A stretch of DNA of 64,000 nt, taken from IMG/VR virus record IMGVR_UViG_3300030090_003678, positions 1-64,000 of that record, one strand, 5' to 3'. Both the position numbers and the translations under genes were made by a program. Shown piece after piece: positions 48,202 through 57,361 of the stretch. Positions within the stretch are counted from its first letter, which is position 1. Each line of letters begins with the position of its first letter. The stretch is from an uncultured virus (IMG/VR IMGVR_UViG_3300030090_003678). Lineage: Duplodnaviria > Heunggongvirae > Uroviricota > Caudoviricetes. The notes under the pieces were generated by a model. That model searched no databases and was not told the DNA's origin. It saw only the letters and a list, made by a program, of their open reading frames with translations.

Positions 48202-49142
48202 TGGCCACTTTAGTAACTGGAGGCAATGGCTTTGTAGGACAGCACCTAATAAAGACATTGAAAGAAAACAGCTCTGTTTTTGGAAAGATAATTAATGTTA
48301 GCAGGAGAGAGTTTAACTCTCCTTACGTTGACATGAATTACAGATGCGATCTGGGTACATCTGATTATAATGATCCTGAATTCTACTGTCTGCGTTATAT
48401 TATGAAGACGCATGACCCAGAATATATCTTTCACTTAGCAAGTAAAGCCACAGTAAAGATGGATGGCACTGAGCCATTCGATATTATTCAAGACAATATC
48501 TTAAGTACGCAGAAAATCTGTGAATGGGCGCCGAAAGGCGCTAGAGTGGTTCTTGCCTCATCAGTTATTGTCTATGGTGACTGGATGTTCCAAGAAGACG
48601 ATGTTAGACCATACGTCGAAACGGATCGTACAGAACCAACTTCAATTTATGGAATGACTAAGCGAGCCTCCGAAGGAGTATTAAAATATCACACCAGCAC
48701 GGAACAAATAAATGGCGTTTCGGCTCGTATGTGTGCTACTGTTGGGCGTGGTCTTACCCACGGAGTTGTTTATGATTTTATTAGGAAAATTCTAAACAAT
48801 CCCACATTAGAAGCTTTAGGAAGCTTTCCCGGTTCCACAAAACCATATATGCATGTTGATGATCTAGTCAAAGCCTTATCTTTATTGGCCTTGAAAAAGA
48901 AAGCTAGCGGAGAGTTTAATGTAGTACCGGACGATGTTATAAACATTCAAGAAGTAGCAGAGTCTGTAATGGACGGTTTGGATGTTTACAAAGAGATAGA
49001 ATGGCTGGGAGATGGAGCCAACTGGAAGGGCGACAACAAAATAATATCAGCAAGTAATCAAAAACTAAAAGACTTAGGTTGGTCTCCAGACTACACATCA
49101 AAGCAAGCAATAAAAAAATCAGTAGAAGACTCAAAAGCATGA
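48201..49142 (+). CDS. NAD-dependent nucleotide-sugar epimerase/dehydratase
   Basis: LVTGGNGFVG, FHLAS, ASS..VYG, YGMTK. Confidence 0.9.
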   Translation: MATLVTGGNGFVGQHLIKTLKENSSVFGKIINVSRREFNSPYVDMNYRCDLGTSDYNDPEFYCLRYIMKTHDPEYIFHLASKATVKMDGTEPFDIIQDNILSTQKICEWAPKGARVVLASSVIVYGDWMFQEDDVRPYVETDRTEPTSIYGMTKRASEGVLKYHTSTEQINGVSARMCATVGRGLTHGVVYDFIRKILNNPTLEALGSFPGSTKPYMHVDDLVKALSLLALKKKASGEFNVVPDDVINIQEVAESVMDGLDVYKEIEWLGDGANWKGDNKIISASNQKLKDLGWSPDYTSKQAIKKSVEDSKA

Positions 49143-50161
49143 AAATTTTTTTCTGCCCTTTAATGCCAGTACAGATGCATGACGCAAGTTCTGTATCAGA
49201 TTACCAATCAGACATGGTATTCCATGGATTGGTTAAAACTCTAGGTAAAGACTTGCATACAAGCCATAAAATGTGGTGGCATCACAAAAAAGAAAAAGAT
49301 TCAAGACCCGAAGACTTCAAAAGAATATGGGGAAAAGGGTTCACTATGTATGGTCTTTTGGATGAAGACGAATACACAAGAGTAGAACCCAACCAAGAAG
49401 ACGAAAATTATGATGCTGTGGTGATTCCTATTCATCATACGTTTACCCAACAAGATACGATGTTAGATAATTTTGTCACACATTTTATTAATAAAGGGTA
49501 CAGCAGGAACCAGATCATTGTAGTCGATGGATGGGACAGAGAATATGTGAACGAGTCTATTGCTAAGAAATGCACATACTACAAGAGAGAGATGGCCGAT
49601 TCGTTGTTGAGACACAAAGTTAAGCCAATATCTTTTGCTTTTCCATTAGAAAAAATACGTGAGCTGAACGACGACAATAGGACTTTGCCTTTTGCTCCTC
49701 TTATTCCAGTAAACCAATCAATTGACCCAAGCTATATGTCTACTTACAAATACGATGCTGAAGATTCGTATTACGACATGTATCAACAGTCTTTCTTTTC
49801 TTATACTTCAAAAAAGGGCGGATGGGATACCTTGAGGCATTATGAAATATTAGCTAATGGATCTATTCCATTTTTTGTTGATATAGAATACTGTCCGCAA
49901 TACACTTTATGGAAATGGCCTAAAAATAGTTTGTGCCGAGCAAAATATCAGTATGGAGGCGTTCCTAATTTAGAAAAAGGTGAAACTTGGAGAAAGAAAC
50001 CTCTTCGTCATTGTGGGTTTGTTGTCAAGGAATCTCCGGGAAGTTTATCGGAGGAGTTCAATATTGAAGAATGGAAGGCTATGAGAAACAAGTTATACGA
50101 ATGGTTAAAAACAGAAGGTTCTACAAACTCTTTAGCTGAATATATACTAGGTAATGTCTAA
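49139..50161 (+). CDS. Putative GT-B glycosyltransferase
   Basis: KKGGWDTLRHYEILANGSIP resembles the GT-B C-terminal R..E....G.IP motif. Confidence 0.55.
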   Translation: MKIFFCPLMPVQMHDASSVSDYQSDMVFHGLVKTLGKDLHTSHKMWWHHKKEKDSRPEDFKRIWGKGFTMYGLLDEDEYTRVEPNQEDENYDAVVIPIHHTFTQQDTMLDNFVTHFINKGYSRNQIIVVDGWDREYVNESIAKKCTYYKREMADSLLRHKVKPISFAFPLEKIRELNDDNRTLPFAPLIPVNQSIDPSYMSTYKYDAEDSYYDMYQQSFFSYTSKKGGWDTLRHYEILANGSIPFFVDIEYCPQYTLWKWPKNSLCRAKYQYGGVPNLEKGETWRKKPLRHCGFVVKESPGSLSEEFNIEEWKAMRNKLYEWLKTEGSTNSLAEYILGNV

Positions 50162-50874
50162 TGATTAAAAACGCTTACTGTCTTTGTTTAGATAAAAGAA
50201 AAGAACATTGGGAAGAATTAAAAGAGCAATGCGAATCGAAAGGTATAAAGTTCAACCCTTTTGTTGTTGGGCAAGGCGAGATACTAAGCATTGATGAATA
50301 CGATAGGTTTGATGGCGAAATATCAAACTATGCTAGAAGCTTTTGGGGATATGGTGGAAGTGACAATGATACTCCAGAGGAAGTAAAAAGAAAGGTTACA
50401 AATCACTACAACGCTTTCCAGTCTCATAAAGAAATGGCAAAGAGAGCTTTAGCACAGGGCGATGAGCATGTTTTGTTTTTAGAAGATGATGCCTACTTTA
50501 CAGATAGATACGATGAAGTAATGGACTCATTGAAAGACCAACTAGAGCATCTAGTTTACGACGTTCTTTATTTAGGATGGTGGATAGGAAACGAAGGCGA
50601 TGAGTTTAATCAAAAAATAGAAGATGGATGGAATAACAACAAAGAGTCTGGCTTAGGAAATGCAAGCAGGATTGGTGGTTTTCACGGCGTGATACTATCT
50701 AGAAGAATGCTAGATATAATAACAAGACTAGAAGCAATAAATCCTATTGACTCACAACTCAGCAAGTTTTTTCACGACAAAATTAAATCTTATTACGTTA
50801 TGCCTAAGATAGTACATGACAAGGGTATATTTAGTGAATGCGAACAATCCATTACAAAAAGATTGAAATTGTAG
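50161..50874 (+). CDS. GT25-like glycosyltransferase
   Basis: YCLCLDKR.E.W, SH, LFLEDDA, LYLG, PID. Confidence 0.78.
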   Translation: MIKNAYCLCLDKRKEHWEELKEQCESKGIKFNPFVVGQGEILSIDEYDRFDGEISNYARSFWGYGGSDNDTPEEVKRKVTNHYNAFQSHKEMAKRALAQGDEHVLFLEDDAYFTDRYDEVMDSLKDQLEHLVYDVLYLGWWIGNEGDEFNQKIEDGWNNNKESGLGNASRIGGFHGVILSRRMLDIITRLEAINPIDSQLSKFFHDKIKSYYVMPKIVHDKGIFSECEQSITKRLKL

Positions 50875-50893
50875 ACAGAATTATTTTTTTTCT

Positions 50894-50902
50894 TGTTATA
50901 AT
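50894..50902 (+). promoter_or_regulatory. Extended -10 promoter (TGTTATAAT)
   Basis: TGnTATAAT in AT-rich intergenic DNA; GGAG RBS before ATG 50943. Confidence 0.55.
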
Positions 50903-50942
50903 AATAGCAGGATGGTCAAGATAATACACACGGAGTTAAAAT

Positions 50943-51878
50943 ATGACTAAAATACTTGTCACTGGCGGTGGTGGTTATGTGGGAAATGTTCTTTGTAGAC
51001 ATCTTTTGGACAAAGGGTATCAAGTTAAATGTATCGACAATTTTCACAAGGGACAATGTGACGCAATCATCCCATTAGCAACAAACCCTAACTTTGAGTT
51101 TGAATATGGTGATGTAACAGTATTAGAACAAATGAAGGAGGCTGTTCGTGGGTGTGATGCTATTATTCACCTTGCTGCTATTGTTGGCTTTCCGGCTTGC
51201 AAATCCCAACCCGCTTTGGCGACGGCGGTAAATGTAGAAGGCACTAGAAATATGCTTTTTGCAAGAGAATCTTACAACCCAAAGATGCCTTTTGTCTATG
51301 CGTCTACAGGTAGCGTATATGGAAAAGTAGAGGATTTATGTACAGAAGAATCTCCTCTAAATGCCGTGTCTCTTTACGGGGTGAACAAGAGAGTCGCAGA
51401 AGAGATGGTTGCTACTCAAGACAATACTGTATCTTTTCGCTTTGCAACTGGGTTTGGTGTTAGCCCATGTATGCGGGTGAATCTGCTCGTAAACGACTTT
51501 GTTTACCAAGCTATCACAAACAATATACTAACTATTTTCCAAGCAGACTTCCGTAGAACCTTTATTCATGTAAGAGATATGGCTAAAGCTTTCACTATGG
51601 GCGTAGAAAATATGGGAAATTGGAATCATAAAGTTTATAACTGTGGCGCGAATCATCTCAACTGGACTAAGCGAGAACTTGCAGAATATGTAAAAGAACA
51701 CACTGGCTGCTTTGTTCATTATGAAGAAATTGGAACGGATGCAGATCAAAGAGATTATGAAGTTAGCTATGATAAACTAGAAAACGAAGGATTTGTTTGC
51801 GACGTAGATATGCAAACGGGTATTCAAGAACTTATTAAAGTCGCTCCTATTTTACAAATAAGGCATCAATACGCATGA
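50943..51878 (+). CDS. NAD-dependent nucleotide-sugar epimerase/dehydratase
   Basis: ILVTGGGGYVG, HLAAIVG, ASTGSVYG, YGVNK, R.FIHVRD. Confidence 0.9.
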   Translation: MTKILVTGGGGYVGNVLCRHLLDKGYQVKCIDNFHKGQCDAIIPLATNPNFEFEYGDVTVLEQMKEAVRGCDAIIHLAAIVGFPACKSQPALATAVNVEGTRNMLFARESYNPKMPFVYASTGSVYGKVEDLCTEESPLNAVSLYGVNKRVAEEMVATQDNTVSFRFATGFGVSPCMRVNLLVNDFVYQAITNNILTIFQADFRRTFIHVRDMAKAFTMGVENMGNWNHKVYNCGANHLNWTKRELAEYVKEHTGCFVHYEEIGTDADQRDYEVSYDKLENEGFVCDVDMQTGIQELIKVAPILQIRHQYA

Positions 51879-52828
51879 TAGATTTAGAAGGCAAAAAAGT
51901 TCTAGTCACTGGTGGCGAAGGATTTTTAGGTACTGCAATTTGCAAAAAGCTAAGAGAAAAAGGCGCAGAGCCAATAATCTTAAGGCACAGCCAAGTCAAT
52001 ATGCATGACTTACAAGCAATCATACTGTTTATGACATCTGTTAAGCCAGACTATTGCATACATGCTGCTGGCTACAATGGCGGTATTGAATTCAATAGGA
52101 TGTATCCTGCCGACATTCTTTACTCTAATACAGTCATGGGACTGAACATTCATCACGCCTGCGAATATTTAAATGTCAAAAAGATTGTCTCAATTATGAC
52201 ATCTTGCGCCTATCCTGATACAGGCATGGAAGTGTTGGAAGAAGACACTTTCTGGGATGGACAACCAAACAAAACTATTAGAGCGCATGGTATAGCAAAA
52301 AGAACCCTACAGACAGCAGCAGAGGCGTATAATGACCAATACGAATTAGATGCGGTTACTGTTTGTGTTACAAACCTATATGGCCCAAATGATACTTTTA
52401 ATCTAGTGAGAACAAAAGTTGTTGGGGCTTTAATAAGAAAGTTTGCAGAAGCTGTCATTGAAGAAGATGATACAGTAGAATGTTGGGGTACAGGCGCTCC
52501 AATGAGAGAATTTATGTATGTTGATGATGCAGCAGAAGCTATCATCCAAGCATTGATTGTTTACGATGACAACACAAAACCTCTAAATATTGGAACGGGA
52601 AAAGATATCAGCATTAAACAACTTGTTGAATATATTAGGTCTGCTGTTAAATATGAAGGTGAAGTATTTTGGAACACAGAAAAACCAGATGGCCAGATGA
52701 AAAAACTTCTAGACACATCAAGAATGAAAGAGATTATTGACATCAATCCTATTTCAGTAGAAGAAGGTATAAAAAAGACCGTCGATTGGTATGTAATAAA
52801 TAAAGAAAAAGCTGATGCAAAAAAATAA
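51875..52828 (+). CDS. fcl: GDP-L-fucose synthase-like epimerase/reductase
   Basis: VLVTGGEGFLG, GGI..N..YPA, SCAYP, NLYGPND.F, WGTGAPMREF.YVDD, KPDG. Confidence 0.85.
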   Translation: MIDLEGKKVLVTGGEGFLGTAICKKLREKGAEPIILRHSQVNMHDLQAIILFMTSVKPDYCIHAAGYNGGIEFNRMYPADILYSNTVMGLNIHHACEYLNVKKIVSIMTSCAYPDTGMEVLEEDTFWDGQPNKTIRAHGIAKRTLQTAAEAYNDQYELDAVTVCVTNLYGPNDTFNLVRTKVVGALIRKFAEAVIEEDDTVECWGTGAPMREFMYVDDAAEAIIQALIVYDDNTKPLNIGTGKDISIKQLVEYIRSAVKYEGEVFWNTEKPDGQMKKLLDTSRMKEIIDINPISVEEGIKKTVDWYVINKEKADAKK

Positions 52829-53288
52829 AAAAATCGGTTTTATGGTTGACGATACTAGCAATAGCCAGTTATCTTTTAACCTTATAAAAAATGCAAACGA
52901 ATTTTTGGAAAGCAACTCAGATGATATAGTTGTCTTTTTTGAGAACTCCACATCTAGTGTTTTAAATCCAAACTTTTCAATAATGTCTGTAAATGAAATT
53001 TGGAACTTTACTGGTTCTTTGATAGCTACTAATGTTTCTACCTCAATATCAATGAGAAAGTGTTTTGCTCCACAAAAAAAGTTTTTTTATGTTTGGGATC
53101 TAGAATGGACTAGACCACAAGGTAAAAACTTTGAACACATCGTGCAAGCTTACACAGACCCAGAAACTACCCTAATAGCTAGAAGCAAAGAACACGCAGT
53201 AGCTATAGAAAACTACTGCAACAGAAAAGTCGAACATATAGTAGAAGATTTTAATATGGAAAAATTAGCGAGGATTACAAATGAGTAG
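52815..53288 (+). CDS. Hypothetical protein, possible GT-B N-terminal half
   Basis: Rossmann-like alternation, FYVWDLEW; glycan cluster context. Confidence 0.45.
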   Translation: MQKNKKIGFMVDDTSNSQLSFNLIKNANEFLESNSDDIVVFFENSTSSVLNPNFSIMSVNEIWNFTGSLIATNVSTSISMRKCFAPQKKFFYVWDLEWTRPQGKNFEHIVQAYTDPETTLIARSKEHAVAIENYCNRKVEHIVEDFNMEKLARITNE

Positions 53289-54069
53289 TGCATTTATCAA
53301 CAAGTATAAAGAGTATATCATTGAGCAATATGTAAACGAGAAAAAGAGTACATATGAAATTGCTCAGGAACTGAAGACTTACCCAAATAAGGTTAGGAGA
53401 GCTTTGAACACTCTAGGAGTTCCTCTTCGAGATAAGAGTTCCGCACAGACAGTAGCTATTGAAAGCGGTCGTCACGAGCATCCAACTAGAGGAAAGAAGA
53501 GAACCGAAGCTGAAAAAGTAGCCATCAGCAATGGAATGGCAAACTATTGGGATAGCATGGAAGAAGAAGAAAGAAAGCGAAGGTCTGAGCTTTCCAAAAA
53601 GCAATGGGCTGAAATGTCTGAAGAAGAAAAAGCGAACTTGAGAAAGTTAGCAGCAGAAGCGGTAAGAAAAGCATCAAAAGAAGGCTCAAAAATCGAAAAG
53701 TTTATTTACGAAGGCTTGACAAAACTAGGCTACGAAGTTATCTTTCATAAGCGTGGGTTAATAGCTAATGACAAACTAGAAGTAGACCTATTCTTGCCAG
53801 CAATGAACATCGCCATCGAGATTGATGGCCCAGCTCACTTTCTTCCTATTTGGGGAGAAGAAAGCCTACAAAGACATATTAGATCAGATGCTCAAAAAGC
53901 TGGTTTATTAATAAATAGAGGCTTTGCTGTTTTGCGTGTTAAGAACATCATTCGCAACCTTTCTCAGAAAAACATGAGAGAAACGCTAGAGGCTATTGTA
54001 GAGCAGCTAGTTAAGATTGATAAAAAGTTCCCACCTATATCAAAACGATTAATAGAGATTGAAGCTTAA
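53281..54069 (+). CDS. Homing-endonuclease-like protein (HTH, NUMOD3-like, Vsr/DUF559 nuclease)
   Basis: STYEIAQEL HTH, HPTRGKKRT.......IS, EVDLF....IAIEIDGPAH. Confidence 0.72.
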   Translation: MSSAFINKYKEYIIEQYVNEKKSTYEIAQELKTYPNKVRRALNTLGVPLRDKSSAQTVAIESGRHEHPTRGKKRTEAEKVAISNGMANYWDSMEEEERKRRSELSKKQWAEMSEEEKANLRKLAAEAVRKASKEGSKIEKFIYEGLTKLGYEVIFHKRGLIANDKLEVDLFLPAMNIAIEIDGPAHFLPIWGEESLQRHIRSDAQKAGLLINRGFAVLRVKNIIRNLSQKNMRETLEAIVEQLVKIDKKFPPISKRLIEIEA

Positions 54070-54986
54070 TGTATTCAAATAAAACAATAAAAGAATTGAA
54101 ACAAATTTTGGAAGAACACAATTGCGCCATGCCTAATGGGGCAAAGAAAAAAGATTTAGTTGAATTAGTGGAGGCTATTATGTCCAAAGATGAAGATTTT
54201 GTAACTATGCAGATTGAAAATGAGTTTGATATTTTTGAAGAAACACCAACTCAAGAAGAGGCTGCTGTCATTAAAGAAGTTGTAGGTTCAAATAATGAAG
54301 AGAACCGACCTTCAATGTTTAGTGATGAATGGAATGAGTATGTAATGGCTCACTTTCACACTAATGAATTAATTGATGGCAATCCTATTTGCGCAGGATT
54401 GAGGAGAGTCGCTGAATTATTACTTGGCGATATTGTTGAATCCGGCCCAGAACAGGTATTTCCAGCAACTGATGGATTGGCTCCTGATAGAGCGACTGTG
54501 GTATTCAAAGTTGTTTTTGATTGGATGAATACTGGCCAACAAAGAGTATTCAAAGAGGTTGCAGATGTGTGGCACGGCAATACTGACGATCTGTTCTGCG
54601 CTCATCCTGTTGCTACTGCTAGCACGAGGGCTGAAGGTCGAGCTTTAAGAAAGGCTTTGAAGCTACGATGTCTTGCTGCTGAAGAACTAGCTAAAAAGGA
54701 TATTGTCAATATCGTTCAAGAGAGCGTAAAGCAAGTTCCTACATCCGGCGACTATCAATTAAACGCTGGAATTAGCAGTCAACAAATAGCTTTTGTTGAT
54801 CAAAAATGCAACCAACTAGACATTGATGTCATGGCTTTCATTAACATGGGTAATGGAAAATACAATGACATAAGCAATGTAACTAAAGACAACGCTAAAA
54901 AGATGATTAAAGTGTTAAACAATTATCAAAACGGCGAAGAGATACCAGAAAGTATTAAAAACTATAAGATTAATTGGAGGCAATAA
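54069..54986 (+). CDS. HeH/SAP-like domain fused to possible single-strand annealing domain
   Basis: KTIKELKQIL......KKKDLVEL N-terminus; ATASTRAEGRALRKAL motif. Confidence 0.5.
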   Translation: MYSNKTIKELKQILEEHNCAMPNGAKKKDLVELVEAIMSKDEDFVTMQIENEFDIFEETPTQEEAAVIKEVVGSNNEENRPSMFSDEWNEYVMAHFHTNELIDGNPICAGLRRVAELLLGDIVESGPEQVFPATDGLAPDRATVVFKVVFDWMNTGQQRVFKEVADVWHGNTDDLFCAHPVATASTRAEGRALRKALKLRCLAAEELAKKDIVNIVQESVKQVPTSGDYQLNAGISSQQIAFVDQKCNQLDIDVMAFINMGNGKYNDISNVTKDNAKKMIKVLNNYQNGEEIPESIKNYKINWRQ

Positions 54987-55315
54987 TGAAAGTAACCTAC
55001 ACGAGTGGCAAGATTAGCGTAGAGATTGAAGCAGATACTCAAATTGAGTTGTTTCAAAGACTAGCTAATTTTCAAGAGATTTTCGCAGAAACCAAATGCG
55101 GCAAATGCGATAGTGAAAATATCAGATTCCAAGTTAGGAATGTAGATGACAATCTATACTATGAATTGAAGTGTATGGATTGCGGGGCTAAGCTAGCCTT
55201 CGGCGTTATGAAGAAGGGTGGAAGACTCTTCCCGAAACGTAAGGACAAAGAAGGAAACTGGCTACCTGACGGTGGATGGGTTAAATGGAATCCAGATACA
55301 CAGAGAGAAGAATGA
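54986..55315 (+). CDS. Zinc-ribbon hypothetical protein
   Basis: CGKC...CMDC; GGAGG RBS. Confidence 0.7.
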   Translation: MKVTYTSGKISVEIEADTQIELFQRLANFQEIFAETKCGKCDSENIRFQVRNVDDNLYYELKCMDCGAKLAFGVMKKGGRLFPKRKDKEGNWLPDGGWVKWNPDTQREE

Positions 55316-55929
55316 TAAAGATAGATAAACCCAACCAGTTTGAACCAGCAGGCGTTCCTAGCAGGCACTTTAGAGACGCTCTTTATGCCTCGCTTCTTCA
55401 TGTCAAACCAAAGTATTGCTTGGAGATAGGAACACACATCGGCCAATCTACCGCTGTCTTTCAAAGATACTTTGAAGAACACGAACCTGAAGGTGTCGTG
55501 GTGACTGTTGATATTACTAAGTTGGTAAATATCAAATCATATAATGTTAAACAGATAATCGTCCATCCTCATGTACCTAATTCAGATGAATTTCATAGGG
55601 TGGATGATCATCTTTTAACACATGAAATAGACTCAGTAAAAGAGAACACTAGACTAATACAAGAAGCAATACGAAATTATCCTACAAACTTTTTTGATTT
55701 TTGCTTCCTAGATGGAGACCATCAAAGACAATCTGTAATCAATGACTTTGAAATATCTCGTAATGTATTAGATGGAAGTCAGTATATTCTTTTAGATGAT
55801 ACTGAAGAAGAACATCATGACTCAAAGAGAGTCTATGAAGAAATTGTTTCTAGCCAATCCCACAACGTCTATGACTTCTCGAAGGAATGGGATTGCTACT
55901 GTGGCTGTGCTTTGTTGTGGAACAAATAA
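55312..55929 (+). CDS. Class I SAM-dependent methyltransferase (Methyltransf_24-like)
   Basis: LEIGTHIGQST, TVD, FDFCFLDGDH, LLDD. Confidence 0.85.
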   Translation: MIKIDKPNQFEPAGVPSRHFRDALYASLLHVKPKYCLEIGTHIGQSTAVFQRYFEEHEPEGVVVTVDITKLVNIKSYNVKQIIVHPHVPNSDEFHRVDDHLLTHEIDSVKENTRLIQEAIRNYPTNFFDFCFLDGDHQRQSVINDFEISRNVLDGSQYILLDDTEEEHHDSKRVYEEIVSSQSHNVYDFSKEWDCYCGCALLWNK

Positions 55930-55958
55930 AAAAGCCCCTGTTGATCAGACAGGGGCTT
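55928..55958 (-). terminator. Intrinsic terminator at the convergence of the two transcription blocks
   Basis: AAGCCCCTGT/ACAGGGGCTT 10-bp stem; T run follows on the minus strand. Confidence 0.8.
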
Positions 55959-55982
55959 GCCACGCGCAGCGTGATGGCGAGT

Positions 55983-56693
55983 TTATAGGTACTCTAGCTC
56001 AACGTAGAGTCCGTACTGAGTCTTGCTTCCGATGCTATCGGGAGATGCGGTGATCGCTACATACCAGTCATGCTGATAGTATTGACCTGTATTGGCTGAT
56101 CCATTGCCAGCATACTGACCGCTTGGCCCCGGAGATTTAGCAAGAGGTACGAAGATTCCACTTCCACCAACAGTCTTGGTTCCCGCAGGAAGCCTAGCAC
56201 TAGGATTGGTAGAGGCATTATAAGTACCTTGTGCGTCTGAGCCAGTATGACTCGCGCTTCCCCACCATGTCGAGTCACCAGAACCTTCAATACTATAAGA
56301 TGAAGATGTGTGTAACAGTTCTGCGACTCTAGTAGTTACACCACTAGCTGGATGATTTTTATTGACTCTGTCAAAAATCCTCAGCTTAGCGTTTTGTGTT
56401 CTAACAGCGCTATCGTTGCTAAAACGTATATTAAGACTAGCTTTTTCGTTTGGAATATAAAGCAGTCCAGTTGCTGGAACAACTCCAGCGGCAAAACCTT
56501 TAGTGTCAGTAGAATACTTGACGTTGTTTCCAGCGCCGCCATTATTCGTACCATTACCATCAGTGATAAATGTAGTGTCTTGCCAACTATTTAATTGTAC
56601 TGATTGACCAAAAGATCCACCAAAAAACCCAAGGCCAGAGCCTGAGAGGTTATTTATTGCGGTGCTTCCGGCGAAAAAGCTTATAGATGCCAT
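55983..56693 (-). CDS. Gly/Ser-rich putative virion structural protein
   Basis: Beta-rich composition; TAAGGAG RBS; preceded by GTGTATAATA. Confidence 0.6.
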   Translation of the reverse strand: MASISFFAGSTAINNLSGSGLGFFGGSFGQSVQLNSWQDTTFITDGNGTNNGGAGNNVKYSTDTKGFAAGVVPATGLLYIPNEKASLNIRFSNDSAVRTQNAKLRIFDRVNKNHPASGVTTRVAELLHTSSSYSIEGSGDSTWWGSASHTGSDAQGTYNASTNPSARLPAGTKTVGGSGIFVPLAKSPGPSGQYAGNGSANTGQYYQHDWYVAITASPDSIGSKTQYGLYVELEYL

Positions 56694-56724
56694 ATTAAAT
56701 CTCCTTAGAGCTTATTTACTATAT

Positions 56725-56734
56725 TATTATACAC
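56725..56734 (-). promoter_or_regulatory. GTGTATAATA promoter motif, copy 5
   Basis: TATTATACAC on the plus strand, intergenic, upstream of ATG 56693. Confidence 0.65.
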
Positions 56735-56736
56735 CA

Positions 56737-57351
56737 TTACTCAAAAAACCCTTTTGTTTTCTTATTTGACTCTTCGCCATTTTCATAAGGAAACATTCTA
56801 TTTAATTTGGCTTGTCTTTCTGAACAACCACAATCTTTATTAAATGCTCCAAAGACTGTTTTTGTAGCCTTTTTTAAACCTGTAGCTTTAGTGAACTTAG
56901 CTATAGTATCACCTAGACCTCTAGATTTTTTAGGTATTTCTGGGTCTCCCATAAAGTATTCATTTTTATTGGGAAATACCCTCTCGCCTTCAGCATTAAA
57001 AAAAGTGGTTCCTTCTTGTTCTGTTTGAGTAACATTAATTTTTCCCTTTTCAACCATGACCCTATTAAGAGGATCTTGCATTGGGCCATCTCCTTCTTCC
57101 CACATATCAAAATAACTTTGTCTTGTTTGACATAGTCGATGTAGAGACCTGCTTTTTATACATTGATGTCTATCGCAAAATATTCCAGTTTGTGAGCCGC
57201 TAAACTTGCACTCGCATGGAGTTGTTACTGGAGGCTCGCTACCTGCATATTCTTCTTCTGTTTTATTAATTGTAAAGACCTCTCTTCGCCCTCTCTTTTT
57301 AGGATATTTGGCTAAAGGGTTCTCGTCTTCACTCTTGAAAAAACCTGACAT
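56737..57351 (-). CDS. Hypothetical phage protein with Cys motifs
   Basis: CEC...CDRH.C and GLGDTIAKFTKATG...CGC.ERQ.KLN motif. Confidence 0.7.
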   Translation of the reverse strand: MSGFFKSEDENPLAKYPKKRGRREVFTINKTEEEYAGSEPPVTTPCECKFSGSQTGIFCDRHQCIKSRSLHRLCQTRQSYFDMWEEGDGPMQDPLNRVMVEKGKINVTQTEQEGTTFFNAEGERVFPNKNEYFMGDPEIPKKSRGLGDTIAKFTKATGLKKATKTVFGAFNKDCGCSERQAKLNRMFPYENGEESNKKTKGFFE

Positions 57352-57361
57352 TTTTTTAATC

